The position numbers and the translations under genes were made by a program. Below, in pieces: positions 53,440-63,524 of a stretch of DNA of 64,000 nt. The notes beneath the pieces were generated by a model. That model was given only the letters and a program-made list of their open reading frames with translations, did no database searches and was not told the DNA's origin. Source of the DNA: Candidatus Gastranaerophilales bacterium. Its GTDB lineage: Bacteria; Cyanobacteriota; Vampirovibrionia; Gastranaerophilales; JANQFW01. Each line of letters opens with the position of its first letter. The stretch's first letter is position 1. The DNA lies in the NCBI GenBank assembly GCA_028277625.1, contig JANQFW010000056.1, positions 8,536 through 72,535 of the forward strand, written 5' to 3'.

Positions 53440-54477
53440 ATGTTATCTAATGTGAAAGCTGTATTGTGGGAGAAGAAAGAAAATAATTATGTGCAATGTA
53501 ATATATGCCATAATCATTGTTTAATTGCACCCGGCAAGATGTCTCGATGTAACTCGAGGATGAATATGGACGGAGAGATGAAGCTAAGTACATTTGGTTT
53601 GGTGTCATCTATTGCAGCAGATCCAATTGAGAAAAAACCTCTTTATCATTTTCATCCTGGGACTAGAGTTTTGTCTGTAGGTAGTTGGGGATGTAATTTT
53701 AATTGTTTGCATTGTCAAAACTGTGAAATATCACAAGTTTCAGACGAAAAAAAAATAATGATTAAGAACGGGGAAAAAGTTGGTGGTCATTATATTTTTC
53801 CTAAAAATTTAGTAGACCTTGCGCTGCAGCATGACTGCAAAGGTGTGTCTTGGACTTATAACGAGCCTACTATTTGGCTGGAGTACACTATTGAATCTGC
53901 AAAGCTTGCTAAAGAAAAAGGTTTATACACAGCTTATGTGACAAATTCTTTCATAACATCTGAAGCTTTGGGTTTAATAAGTCCTTATCTTGATGCATTT
54001 AGGGCTGATGTGAAAAGTTTTGATGATAAGTTTTATTCGCAAGTGTGTGGTGTTAAAAACGGTACGAGAATATTTGATACTATTTTATACGCTAAACAAC
54101 TTGGTATGCATATTGAAGCTGTTACTAATATAATCCCGGGGCATAATGATAGCGACGAAAATTTAAGAAATATAGCCCGCTGGATCTCTGATAATATTAG
54201 TGAAAATACGCCTTGGCATGTTTCTAGGTTTTTTCCGCTGAATAAAATGAAGCATATTCAGCCAACGCCGGTTGAAACCTTGCAAAAAGCATATGAAATA
54301 GGCACTCAGGAAAGATTAAATCATATTTATATTGGAAATTTGGGCACCCAAAATAATACAGTCTGCCCTAAGTGTAATAATACTGCTATAAAAAGAGATG
54401 GAGGAATTTCGTTAAATTTAAATGATGCGGGTGGGTGTTCAGTTTGCGGAAATGATTTGAATATAGTGGTCCCTTAG
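53440..54477 (+). CDS. AmmeMemoRadiSam-system-type radical SAM enzyme
   Basis: N-terminal Cys cluster C.IC...C, DPIEKKPLYHFHPG and GCNFNCLHCQNCEIS (CX3CX2C). The ORF track starts at a TTG at 53422. The ATG at 53440 has GAGGA 8 nt upstream. Confidence 0.75.
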   Translation: MLSNVKAVLWEKKENNYVQCNICHNHCLIAPGKMSRCNSRMNMDGEMKLSTFGLVSSIAADPIEKKPLYHFHPGTRVLSVGSWGCNFNCLHCQNCEISQVSDEKKIMIKNGEKVGGHYIFPKNLVDLALQHDCKGVSWTYNEPTIWLEYTIESAKLAKEKGLYTAYVTNSFITSEALGLISPYLDAFRADVKSFDDKFYSQVCGVKNGTRIFDTILYAKQLGMHIEAVTNIIPGHNDSDENLRNIARWISDNISENTPWHVSRFFPLNKMKHIQPTPVETLQKAYEIGTQERLNHIYIGNLGTQNNTVCPKCNNTAIKRDGGISLNLNDAGGCSVCGNDLNIVVP

Positions 54478-54576
54478 ACTGCTTTTCTTTACTTGGCTTT
54501 CTCTTCAATTTAAACTGAAATTCTTACATAATGAGTAATTTTAGCATTCTTGTTAATATAACCTTTCTGACTAAAT

Positions 54577-56634
54577 TTAAAGAACTATTTTGCTGAAATC
54601 AGCTAGTTTTGAAAATTTGGATTTTAGGTTGCCTAGCAATGCTATCCTATTATTTTTAATTTTTTCGTCAGGATCCATTACCAGTACATCATCAAAGAAT
54701 TTTTGTATTAAAGGTATTGAATCTTCAAGCTTCTTAACCAGTTCATTGTAAGTTACTGATGAGGTATCAATTTTAGAGACTGCATCCCATAGTTGACCTT
54801 CTATATCTTGAGCAAATAAGTCTTTTGATACCTCAAGAGAGTATTCTTCTGATTTTATAATTCTGTTTACTCTGTTTGCACTTTCGTGGAATAAGTTGTA
54901 GTTTTCTTTTTTAACCAGATTTTCTAATATTACTAGTCTTTCCAGGTCATCTTTTAAATTCAGTAAAGGATCATTAGCTTCTAAAACCGCATCTATCAGG
55001 TCGTATTTATAGCTATCCGTTAGATATATTCTTAGTCTTTGGGTTATAAATTCTCTTATGCTTTTTTGTAATTTGTCTTTATCTTCTATATTTAAAGGAA
55101 CTAGTGATAAAGACTTATCGATAAGAGCTGATAAGTTAAAGCATATATCCTTTTTTAAAATTGTTGTAATTATTCCAAGAGCTGCTCTTCTTAATCCTAA
55201 TGGGTCTGCGGAGCCGGTTGGAGATTTGCCTAGGGCAAATACGCCGCATATTGTATCAATTTTATCAGCGATACCAACTATTTGTCCTGTTATAGAATCA
55301 GCAGGGTCACTATCAGCTGACAATGGATAGTAGTGTTCTTTTATCCCTGTGCAGACTAATTTGTTTTCGTTATCTAGTTTTGCATATTCTGCACCTATGG
55401 ATCCTTGAAGTTCTGTGAATTCAAATACAAGACTAGTTACCAGATCATTTTTGCAGAGTTGCGCTGTTCTTTTTACTGATTGCGTAGTTTCATTATCGAG
55501 TGATAATTCATTTGCAATAAAACCTGCTAGTTCTTCAATTCTTTTAGATTTGTCGTAGACTGTGCCTAAGCCTTTTTGAAAGGTTATACCTTTTAAAGCT
55601 TCTGATTTTGATTCTAAAGAAGTCTTTTTATCTTCGTTATAAAAGAATATAGCATCGTCAAGGCGTGCTGTTATTACTCTTTCATTGCCTTTGTTTATAT
55701 TCTCAAATTGATCACCTACATAATTTGTTGTGGTTATAAAATAATTCAACAGATTCTTTTGAGCTGAATCGTAAACAGGAAAATATCTTTGATGAGCTGC
55801 CATAACTGTAGTAATGACATCGTCAGGTATTTGAAGATATTTTTTGTCAAAATGACCAACTGCTGCAACTGGCCATTCAACCATATAGTTTACTTCTTTT
55901 AGTAATTCTTTATCTATGGATACACTGCCATTTTTTGCTTGTACTGCTTTTTGAGCTTGTTTTTCTATTTCTTCTTGGCGTTTATCAGGATCTACTATTA
56001 CGTTAACTTTTAATAGGTCATCTACATAAGTTTGAGATGATTGTACTTCAACTTTTTTAATTTGCGAAAATCTGTGGCCTTTAGACATCTTAGAGGATTT
56101 AGCATTGCCGATTTTTACTTTTATTTCTTCATTGTCGAGAATTGATACTATCCATCTTATCGGGCGAGAAAAGCGTACATCTAAGTCGCCCCATCTCATG
56201 AAGTGTGAACCTTGAAGTTTAAGAACGCTTTGAGGGATTATATTTTTGAGGGCTTCTTTTGTTGACTGCCCTTTTTCTATTATATCAGCAAATAGGTACT
56301 CTATTTCACCTACTTTTTCTTTATAGAAATCTTCTTTGACTATTTTATTTCTTTTAGCAAAGCCTTCACCGGCTTTTGTTAGATTGCCATCTTTATCTAG
56401 TGCCACATGCGCCGGAGGACCTTTTACTTTTTTGGTTAAGTCCGGTTGATTTTCTGATATGTCTTCTATTATTAAAGTTAATCTTCTTGGTGTGCCGTAC
56501 GTTTTTATATTTTTATATGTTATTCTGCCTTCATTTAGTGCTTTTGAGGTTATTTCTTTTAATTGATTCATTGCAGATGGGATAAATTTGTATGGTAGTT
56601 CTTCTGTTCCCAGCTCTAATAAATAATTAGCCAC
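54577..56634 (-). CDS. glyS: glycine--tRNA ligase beta subunit
   Basis: MANYLLELGTEELPYKFIPSA...TPRRLTL... has the full-length GlyS layout (685 aa). No glyQ is adjacent. Confidence 0.88.
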   Translation of the reverse strand: MANYLLELGTEELPYKFIPSAMNQLKEITSKALNEGRITYKNIKTYGTPRRLTLIIEDISENQPDLTKKVKGPPAHVALDKDGNLTKAGEGFAKRNKIVKEDFYKEKVGEIEYLFADIIEKGQSTKEALKNIIPQSVLKLQGSHFMRWGDLDVRFSRPIRWIVSILDNEEIKVKIGNAKSSKMSKGHRFSQIKKVEVQSSQTYVDDLLKVNVIVDPDKRQEEIEKQAQKAVQAKNGSVSIDKELLKEVNYMVEWPVAAVGHFDKKYLQIPDDVITTVMAAHQRYFPVYDSAQKNLLNYFITTTNYVGDQFENINKGNERVITARLDDAIFFYNEDKKTSLESKSEALKGITFQKGLGTVYDKSKRIEELAGFIANELSLDNETTQSVKRTAQLCKNDLVTSLVFEFTELQGSIGAEYAKLDNENKLVCTGIKEHYYPLSADSDPADSITGQIVGIADKIDTICGVFALGKSPTGSADPLGLRRAALGIITTILKKDICFNLSALIDKSLSLVPLNIEDKDKLQKSIREFITQRLRIYLTDSYKYDLIDAVLEANDPLLNLKDDLERLVILENLVKKENYNLFHESANRVNRIIKSEEYSLEVSKDLFAQDIEGQLWDAVSKIDTSSVTYNELVKKLEDSIPLIQKFFDDVLVMDPDEKIKNNRIALLGNLKSKFSKLADFSKIVL

Positions 56635-56809
56635 AGTAAATGCCTTTCTATAACTCCTACTAAAATTAATTGTACTAAAAAAATGATGCTAGTGCACTGA
56701 TTACAAATTTTTGAAGGAAAAGCAAAAATATTTCATAATTTTATTAAAGCAATTTATTGAAATTATGGGTACAGAAACCCAAAGGATTATTTGACTCAGC
56801 AAATAGCTA

Positions 56810-59800
56810 CTAAAAGTTAGGAGAAAGAATATCTTTAATATCATCAAAGGTAATTGATTTTTCAATCGTTCTATCAACTGAAATAATTGAATCTACAAGA
56901 CCACGTTTTCTTTCTTTTAGCCTCATAATTTTTTCTTCTACAGTACCTTTTGTGATAAATCTGTATACAAAAACTTTTTTAGTTTGACCTATCCTGTGTG
57001 CCCTGTCGGTAGCTTGATCTTCAACGGCAGGGTTCCACCATGGGTCATAATGTATTACATAATCTGCACCGGTTAAGTTTAAACCTGTACCGCCTGCTTT
57101 TAAGCTTAATAAAAATATAGGTATACTATTGTCTGAATTGAATCGTTGAACTCTTTCAGCTCTATCAGTAGTGCTACCGGTTAAGTATTCGTATTTAATA
57201 CGCTTTTCTTCTAACCAATCTTTTACAATATCCAACATTTGAACAAATTGGCTGAATATAAGAACCCTGTGCCCTTCGCTGACAATTTCTTCAAGCATTT
57301 CTTTAAAGTGCTCAAATTTACCGGAATCTATATTTTTAGCGTGTCCATTTTTATCATATAGCTGAGGATGATTACAAATTTGTCTTAGCTTCATTAGCGC
57401 AGAGAAAATTGAAATCTTGCTCTTTTCAAAGCCATCTTTACCGATTTTTTCAAATATTTCAGCCCTTGTGCTGTCAAGTACATCAAGGTACAGATCTCTT
57501 TGATCAGAGGTCATTTGACAATATGCAACACTCTCGAGCTTATCAGGCAAGTCTTTAGCACAATCTCTTTTTAATCTTCTTAATATAAACGGATAAACTT
57601 GCTTTTTTAGTCTGTCACCAACAGAAGTATCTCCCCTTGTTTCAATAGGTGTGATATATCTATAGTCAAATTCATTTAAATCATATAAGAATCCCGGCAT
57701 TAAAAAGTCAAACACACTCCAAAGCTCAGAGAGCCTATTTTCTATAGGTGTACCGGATAGAGCAAACCTGTGCGCGCAGGCTAATTGTTTTGCACTTTGC
57801 GCGGTTAAGGACTCTTGGTTTTTAATATTTTGAGATTCATCGAGGATAATTAGCCTAAAGTTATAATTCTTTAAAACATCTATATCTCTTCTTAATAGGG
57901 CATAGCTTGTTATGACAATATCATACTTATCAATTTTATTAAAAAAGTCTTTTCTGGTTGAACCCGTAAGGTTTAAGCTAGTCAAATCCTTTGTAAACTT
58001 TTGTATTTCACTTTCCCAGTTAAACACAACTGATGTAGGACATACTACTAAACAAGGTTGATCACCATGTTCTTCTTTTGCTTTTTGTATAAGAGTAAGG
58101 GTTTGAAGTGTTTTACCAAGACCCATATCATCCGCAAGAATACCGTTAAGTCCGTAAGAATATAAAAACCATAACCAGTTAAAGCCTTTTTTCTGATACT
58201 CTCTAAAGTTTGCATCAACGCCTTCGGGTAGTTGAACGTCCTCAAAAGTATTGAATGAGCTAATTTTATCCCAGAATTCTTTGAATTTCTCAGACATTTT
58301 TATGTCTATTTTTTGCTCTAAAAGATCAGATACAATGCCAGCTCTAAAGGTTTTTACATTGTAGTTATTCTCACCTCTAAGCTCTGCGTCAAATGCAGTC
58401 AAACTTTTATTTAACTGTAAAATTTTCAATGGAGGTATTTCTACATAGCCCGCGTTTTCAAGATAAAAGTATTTTTGCCCTTGTTGAAATAAGTTCTGAA
58501 CAGTTTCCGGTTCTACTTTCTTTCTGCCAACTTTAAAGGTAAATTGTATGTTAAAACTATCAATAGATTTATCAAAGTCTATTTTTGCTCCGATTTTTAG
58601 TTTAGATGAGGCTACTTCAAAATTACCAGGGACATCTTCTGTTTCTTCAAATCGCCAAAATTCATCACCAAGTTGAAATAGTACATCATTATAAAAGTCA
58701 ATCGCATCGTCTCCGACAATGTGAAGATTATTTGTTTGACGTGGCAGAAACTTACTGTTTATAAGTATTTTATATGCAGTTTCTTCTTGTTTAACGTTTC
58801 TTTTTACCCAATAAATTATTTCCTCATCAGGATTTTTAACTGTAACATAAGGTGTTTTCTCTGCTAATTTACCGTAAGGAACAATTGTTCCATCGTATTC
58901 AAATTCAAGTGTGGCTTTTAAGGTATTTTCCGCGTCCTCATCGGTTTCTAGTGTTACAACATTTATTGGATGAGATTCTTCCAGGGCTAATTTTTCCAAA
59001 TATTCTGCAACTTCAACTTGCATCAACTTTTTTAATCTAGGTAATTCTTCATAAACAAACTTACCGCCATCAGCATCCCTTATATCGGTAAATGTTGAAC
59101 GTGTAAGATAATGAGGTAGCTTTGAAAGCATTGTATCCAATGGTACAATAATATTTTTGTATTGAGCCCATTTCATTTGTTTAGAGAAATATTTTAACTC
59201 TTCTAAAGGTAATAGTTCTTGATTATCAGGACGCTTCCAGTGTAAAGATAATAATACATTACCGACAAGCGACACATTTACAGCCAAAATCAAATGCCAT
59301 GGTTCTTTACCATCTTTAAAGATTAAACGTTTATTAGTTTTTGCATCGATTACTTCTTCTAATTGAGCCAACAAGCCAATAAAAGTATCAAGCTTATGAG
59401 ACTGAATTGTATAAAAATTTGTTTTTTTGTCGAGCCTTGCAAATTTATACATATTTTGCATTAGTGTTAGCTCTGTCTTTTGAGCAGGATTAAAATCAAA
59501 TTGCCCATCAGAAGACTTTTGCAGAGCTATAACCGCTCTTAGGATGGATTCTATATCTTTAACTACTTCATTTTTTTTGCGATCAAATATTTTAATGCCG
59601 ACAAATTTGGGTCTGATATCAAAATCTACAGTAACCTTATAGTTGCCTTCATAATTTGTAATTTCCGGTGGATTTTCTTCTTCATATTCAAAAGTTTCAC
59701 CAGTTTGATCAGTAACATAGTTATCATAATAATGTTGCCTTATACTTTCTAAGCCAACGCATACAGCGTGCTTACACCATTCTTCTTCTAAAGGACAATC

Positions 59801-60028
59801 ACAATCTGCACCTACCTTTTCCTCAGACAAATTTAACTTTATAGTGTATTTATCCTGAAAATTTCCTTTTACATAGGCTTCTACAATATTATCTTCGCGC
59901 TTGTGCTCCAAAATTTGTTTTTTTTGATAATATTCATAGCCTCGTCGCCAACTGCCGGGTGCTGCTAGACCTTTGATATAAGCAAAATTAAAGTTTATAT
60001 ATTTTTTTTCTGTAGATTTTTTAACCAT
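56810..60028 (-). CDS. SNF2-family helicase with an N-terminal SWIM zinc finger
   Basis: SWIM motif CDCPLEEEWCKHAVC. Helicase motifs LADDMGLGKT, DESQNIKN, SGTPIENRL, LIFSQF and the HYDPWWNP..E.QA.DRAHRIGQ string. Confidence 0.88.
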   Translation of the reverse strand: MVKKSTEKKYINFNFAYIKGLAAPGSWRRGYEYYQKKQILEHKREDNIVEAYVKGNFQDKYTIKLNLSEEKVGADCDCPLEEEWCKHAVCVGLESIRQHYYDNYVTDQTGETFEYEEENPPEITNYEGNYKVTVDFDIRPKFVGIKIFDRKKNEVVKDIESILRAVIALQKSSDGQFDFNPAQKTELTLMQNMYKFARLDKKTNFYTIQSHKLDTFIGLLAQLEEVIDAKTNKRLIFKDGKEPWHLILAVNVSLVGNVLLSLHWKRPDNQELLPLEELKYFSKQMKWAQYKNIIVPLDTMLSKLPHYLTRSTFTDIRDADGGKFVYEELPRLKKLMQVEVAEYLEKLALEESHPINVVTLETDEDAENTLKATLEFEYDGTIVPYGKLAEKTPYVTVKNPDEEIIYWVKRNVKQEETAYKILINSKFLPRQTNNLHIVGDDAIDFYNDVLFQLGDEFWRFEETEDVPGNFEVASSKLKIGAKIDFDKSIDSFNIQFTFKVGRKKVEPETVQNLFQQGQKYFYLENAGYVEIPPLKILQLNKSLTAFDAELRGENNYNVKTFRAGIVSDLLEQKIDIKMSEKFKEFWDKISSFNTFEDVQLPEGVDANFREYQKKGFNWLWFLYSYGLNGILADDMGLGKTLQTLTLIQKAKEEHGDQPCLVVCPTSVVFNWESEIQKFTKDLTSLNLTGSTRKDFFNKIDKYDIVITSYALLRRDIDVLKNYNFRLIILDESQNIKNQESLTAQSAKQLACAHRFALSGTPIENRLSELWSVFDFLMPGFLYDLNEFDYRYITPIETRGDTSVGDRLKKQVYPFILRRLKRDCAKDLPDKLESVAYCQMTSDQRDLYLDVLDSTRAEIFEKIGKDGFEKSKISIFSALMKLRQICNHPQLYDKNGHAKNIDSGKFEHFKEMLEEIVSEGHRVLIFSQFVQMLDIVKDWLEEKRIKYEYLTGSTTDRAERVQRFNSDNSIPIFLLSLKAGGTGLNLTGADYVIHYDPWWNPAVEDQATDRAHRIGQTKKVFVYRFITKGTVEEKIMRLKERKRGLVDSIISVDRTIEKSITFDDIKDILSPNF

Positions 60029-60297
60029 ATAATATTCGTTACTCAGTCAATAACTCTTGTTCCAAACTTGATATGCCATTAGTTCATAATTCAGTATACA
60101 TTAAAATAAGCAAATAGTACAATTATTCAAATTAAATAGACTTTTTAAACGACTAAGGCATTTTATTTATTACTGATTGTTATGTTAATAAAGACATATA
60201 CCTAAAAAAGCATTTATTTTGTCTGGACAGTAATAAAGTAATAGCCTGGGTTTTACAAAAAAAATAAGTTTTTTAAAAATTTTTTCTAAAATAATAG

Positions 60298-60326
60298 TTG
60301 ACAATGAATTCGGACTTAGATATATT
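60298..60326 (+). promoter_or_regulatory. sigma70-like promoter upstream of tRNA-Glu
   Basis: TTGACA (60298-60303), a 17-nt spacer, then TATATT (60321-60326). It lies ~95 nt before the tRNA. Confidence 0.45.
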
Positions 60327-60419
60327 TATAAACGTGGAAGGCAGCCAAGCAAAGAGTAAAGCTTAGAAGAGAATAGCTAAAAGCTTTTGCCAGAAACGAA
60401 AACAATATGAATAAAACAT

Positions 60420-60492
60420 GCCCCCATCGTCTAGTGGCCTAGGACACCTCCCTTTCACGGAGGCGGCAGGGATTCGAATTCCCTTGGGGGTA
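60420..60492 (+). tRNA. tRNA-Glu (anticodon UUC)
   Basis: GCCCCCA acceptor stem pairs with TGGGGGT. D-loop TCTAGTGGCCTAGGA. Anticodon stem-loop CCTCC-CTTTCAC-GGAGG. T-arm GGGATTCGAATTCCC. No encoded CCA. Confidence 0.9.
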
Positions 60493-60591
60493 TTTTTTCA
60501 TGTTTAAGACGATTAAAATTTTATAAAACAAGTCACAAGTAGTTTTAATGACTACTTAAATTTAATTGATGAGCAGTATAAATATAGCTAA

Positions 60592-60622
60592 CAAAAAAGC
60601 ACTGTAAAACAGTGCTTTTTTA
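60592..60622. terminator. bidirectional hairpin between tRNA-Glu and the radical SAM gene
   Basis: AAAAAAGCACTG-TAAAA-CAGTGCTTTTTT. Confidence 0.7.
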
Positions 60623-60644
60623 ATATTATTTATTTCTTAAAATA

Positions 60645-61790
60645 TTATGTAATAGCAATTTCAGCAATTGACTTGATAGCTTGCCACTCAATTTTCCATA
60701 AGCCGGACGCATCAAGCGCATAATTACCAACACATGCCAGCTTGCAATCAGTACACTGATTAGCCATTTCAATAAACTCTTTTGATCTCAAAGCTTCTCC
60801 AAGTGGTTTATCTGCAATATTCAAGAAAGGTTGCCTATCATAACATCTTAATAAGTCACCATTTGAATACATAACAGTAGCAATTCTTGGCCAATGGCAT
60901 TCGTAATAATTTTTCTTTTCAATCAAATAATCCATAAAGTAGTATGAATTTCTTATAGGATATCCTTGTTGCTTCATCTCCTTCAATTTTTTAAATATAT
61001 CAGAAAGTTCATCTGCACTATATTCAAGTTCTTTTGAATTATCTTCACCTTTTTCAAAACACTGATTACTTTTATTTACAGTAAGGTATAACAAAATATC
61101 CATATCTTTACATAATTCTGCAACTTCAATAATATCTTCAATAGGATGAGCCTTAGATACAGTACAACAAACATATATTCTCATGTGAGGAGAATGCTTC
61201 TTATGAAACTCTATTCCTTTTAAAGTTCTTTCATAGAGTCCCTTTAGATTACCACGTGTACTTTCATGTTTCTCACCTAGTGCATCTAATGAGGTAAACA
61301 TCAAGTCTGTATATTTTGCAAATTCATAGTTCTCTTCTAAAAACCAGCCGTTTGTGGCGACTTTAGTATACAGTCCATTATCGTGGGCAGTTTTACAAAT
61401 TTCCGTAATATCATCACGCATTAAAGGCTCACCACCCCACAGAATACAATTCATGTAGCCTTCTTGCTTAGCCTCTTTATATATTCGCTTTATTGCACTT
61501 AAAGACAAATCATCTTTTCCTTGGCTATGTTTCCAATAACAAAAATCACAATCACAATTACAAATACTTGTTACCATATGAGAGAATGTAAACGGTCTTG
61601 GCCTTTTAGAGATAAATCTACTATACAAAGCTGTTTTTATACCACCTAATAAGTGCCCAAAGTAGCGCGCTCTTGATAAGTTAAATGAATTTCTTGATTT
61701 ATCGACTTGGCAAGGAGTTATAATCTTACTCTCTTGATCGAGTTCTTGATCTAAAACCTCTTTATCATTTATTAGTGTTGAATTTGTCAT
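60645..61790 (-). CDS. radical SAM protein, possibly with a SPASM/twitch-like C-terminal Cys motif
   Basis: ICNCDCDFCYW contains CX3CX2C. GGEPLM is present. The C-terminus has CTDCKLAC. Confidence 0.7.
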   Translation of the reverse strand: MTNSTLINDKEVLDQELDQESKIITPCQVDKSRNSFNLSRARYFGHLLGGIKTALYSRFISKRPRPFTFSHMVTSICNCDCDFCYWKHSQGKDDLSLSAIKRIYKEAKQEGYMNCILWGGEPLMRDDITEICKTAHDNGLYTKVATNGWFLEENYEFAKYTDLMFTSLDALGEKHESTRGNLKGLYERTLKGIEFHKKHSPHMRIYVCCTVSKAHPIEDIIEVAELCKDMDILLYLTVNKSNQCFEKGEDNSKELEYSADELSDIFKKLKEMKQQGYPIRNSYYFMDYLIEKKNYYECHWPRIATVMYSNGDLLRCYDRQPFLNIADKPLGEALRSKEFIEMANQCTDCKLACVGNYALDASGLWKIEWQAIKSIAEIAIT

Positions 61791-61991
61791 TCCTTACTCC
61801 GTTACCTGATTTAAAATATTAATTAATAGATTTTATCTATCCCACAGTTTACTTTCTATAATACCAATAACATAATTTTTTAGTAAGTAAATTTGAAAAA
61901 AGTTCTTGTAAATTTATTGAAAACATTATTATACAAAATAAAATGCAAGAAAAACTGTAAATAAAAAGCCTAAAGAATGCTAATTAGTATC

Positions 61992-63524
61992 TTATATAAT
62001 AAACATAAATAAATAAACCAAAGGCAACAAGGTCTTTACCTTAGAATTACTTTTAGCATCAGGGTTCTGAGCCAAAAGGTCTTTTGTCACTTTAGCTGCT
62101 TTTACAAAATTAAAGTTGTGGACATATAAAGTTGCTAAATTATAAGAGTAATCAATATTAGATGGTTTATTATTAATTAATTCTTTGTAATATTTTTCAG
62201 AATTAACCACATTATTCTGTTTTAAATAAATATAAGCCAATAATTCTTTGCTATGCAGTGTGTCAGGATTAATATTAAGAGATCTTTCCAAATATTTGAT
62301 TGCTTCTTCATAATTTAATAGTTTAAAATTCACAAATGCAATATTATATAACAAATTAGCTTTGTCAAATTTTTTAGCAGAAAGGGATAAAGCCTTGGTA
62401 TAATGCTGTAATGCTTCTTGAAACCTACCGTTATCAGCAGCAATATTACCTGCAAACATCCAACTTGCAGGATTTTTAGGAGCCATGTCTATATAATTTT
62501 TTGCTTCTTTTAACTTATTTTTTAACACTAATTGCTTATTACCCAAAATTACTTGACTATAAGCAAGAGTAGAAGCTGCAGAATCCTCAACTACATTAGA
62601 TATATCCGGATGAATTTTGTATAACAGCTTAATAGTATTTATATCACGTTGCGAAAACTTAATTCTTCTCCTTGTAATAACGCCAGTGTATTTAGATCTT
62701 TTTGTATCCTGTGCAATTGGGTACATAACGTCTTTTTTATCTAAACTATGCCCTACCAAACCTAAAGCATGACCTATTTCATGTAGCGCTAAATTGTATA
62801 ACTGTATTCTTGTTAAATACTTTCTATTGTAGGATACTATTGTTTTTACAACGACATCTTTTAGCAAATTTTTTTCTATATTATGTACAGTTAGTCCATA
62901 ATTAGTTAATTTTTTATCCTTAGCCAAAATCAAATCATCTGAAAATACAAACTTAATATCAGCTTCGCTATACGATTCGGTAATGCTATACTTCAAGTTC
63001 AAAATCTTTGCCCATTGCTTAAATGCAGCTAAAATTTCTTTTGGATAATAAGTAGGCACTTCTCTATCTACACTCGAGCCAAAAAATATCTTAAGAGATT
63101 TCTTCTCTATATTCCATCTTAAAATTTTTCCATTTGTAGTTGCATTATGAATATAATTTTTTTCCAAACCCTTTGTTGTTCTGTAATAAATATCATAAAG
63201 CTCTTGATTAATCTTAGCAGTATAAACATTTACCTTGTCAGCTTGCTGAAATTTAAACAGTTCTTTTTGAACCTTTACTGTTCGCGGCAACTCCAACAAT
63301 AATTCTGATGCTTTCTCGTAATATTTTTCTTTTTTATCAAACTGTATTGCTTTATCCAAATACCCATAAGCAGTGACATAGTCATTATTTTTTATACTAT
63401 ATTCAGCTAATTGGCAATAAATATCAGCAGTTATGTTCCTATAAAAAAGGCAAAGCATTAGAAAAATAACTAATAAGATAGCAAAAGAAAAAATTTTAGC
63501 TTGTTTCTTTATGTTTTTTTTCAT
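61992..63524 (-). CDS. membrane-anchored metzincin (matrixin/M10-like) protease flanked by TPR repeats
   Basis: LHEIGHALGLVGHS...VMYP gives HExxHxxGxxH plus a Met-turn. TPR-like units lie before and after it. There is one N-terminal TM helix. Confidence 0.75.
   Translation of the reverse strand: MKKNIKKQAKIFSFAILLVIFLMLCLFYRNITADIYCQLAEYSIKNNDYVTAYGYLDKAIQFDKKEKYYEKASELLLELPRTVKVQKELFKFQQADKVNVYTAKINQELYDIYYRTTKGLEKNYIHNATTNGKILRWNIEKKSLKIFFGSSVDREVPTYYPKEILAAFKQWAKILNLKYSITESYSEADIKFVFSDDLILAKDKKLTNYGLTVHNIEKNLLKDVVVKTIVSYNRKYLTRIQLYNLALHEIGHALGLVGHSLDKKDVMYPIAQDTKRSKYTGVITRRRIKFSQRDINTIKLLYKIHPDISNVVEDSAASTLAYSQVILGNKQLVLKNKLKEAKNYIDMAPKNPASWMFAGNIAADNGRFQEALQHYTKALSLSAKKFDKANLLYNIAFVNFKLLNYEEAIKYLERSLNINPDTLHSKELLAYIYLKQNNVVNSEKYYKELINNKPSNIDYSYNLATLYVHNFNFVKAAKVTKDLLAQNPDAKSNSKVKTLLPLVYLFMFII

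Noticed and set aside
56810-60492. The SNF2/SWIM helicase next to tRNA-Glu as a defence system (DISARM/BREX/Zorya-like) or an integration hotspot
   Set aside because: It is a single gene with no methyltransferase, nuclease, PglZ or integrase partner nearby. Stand-alone SWIM-SNF2 (RapA/HepA-like) helicases are common housekeeping-type genes.
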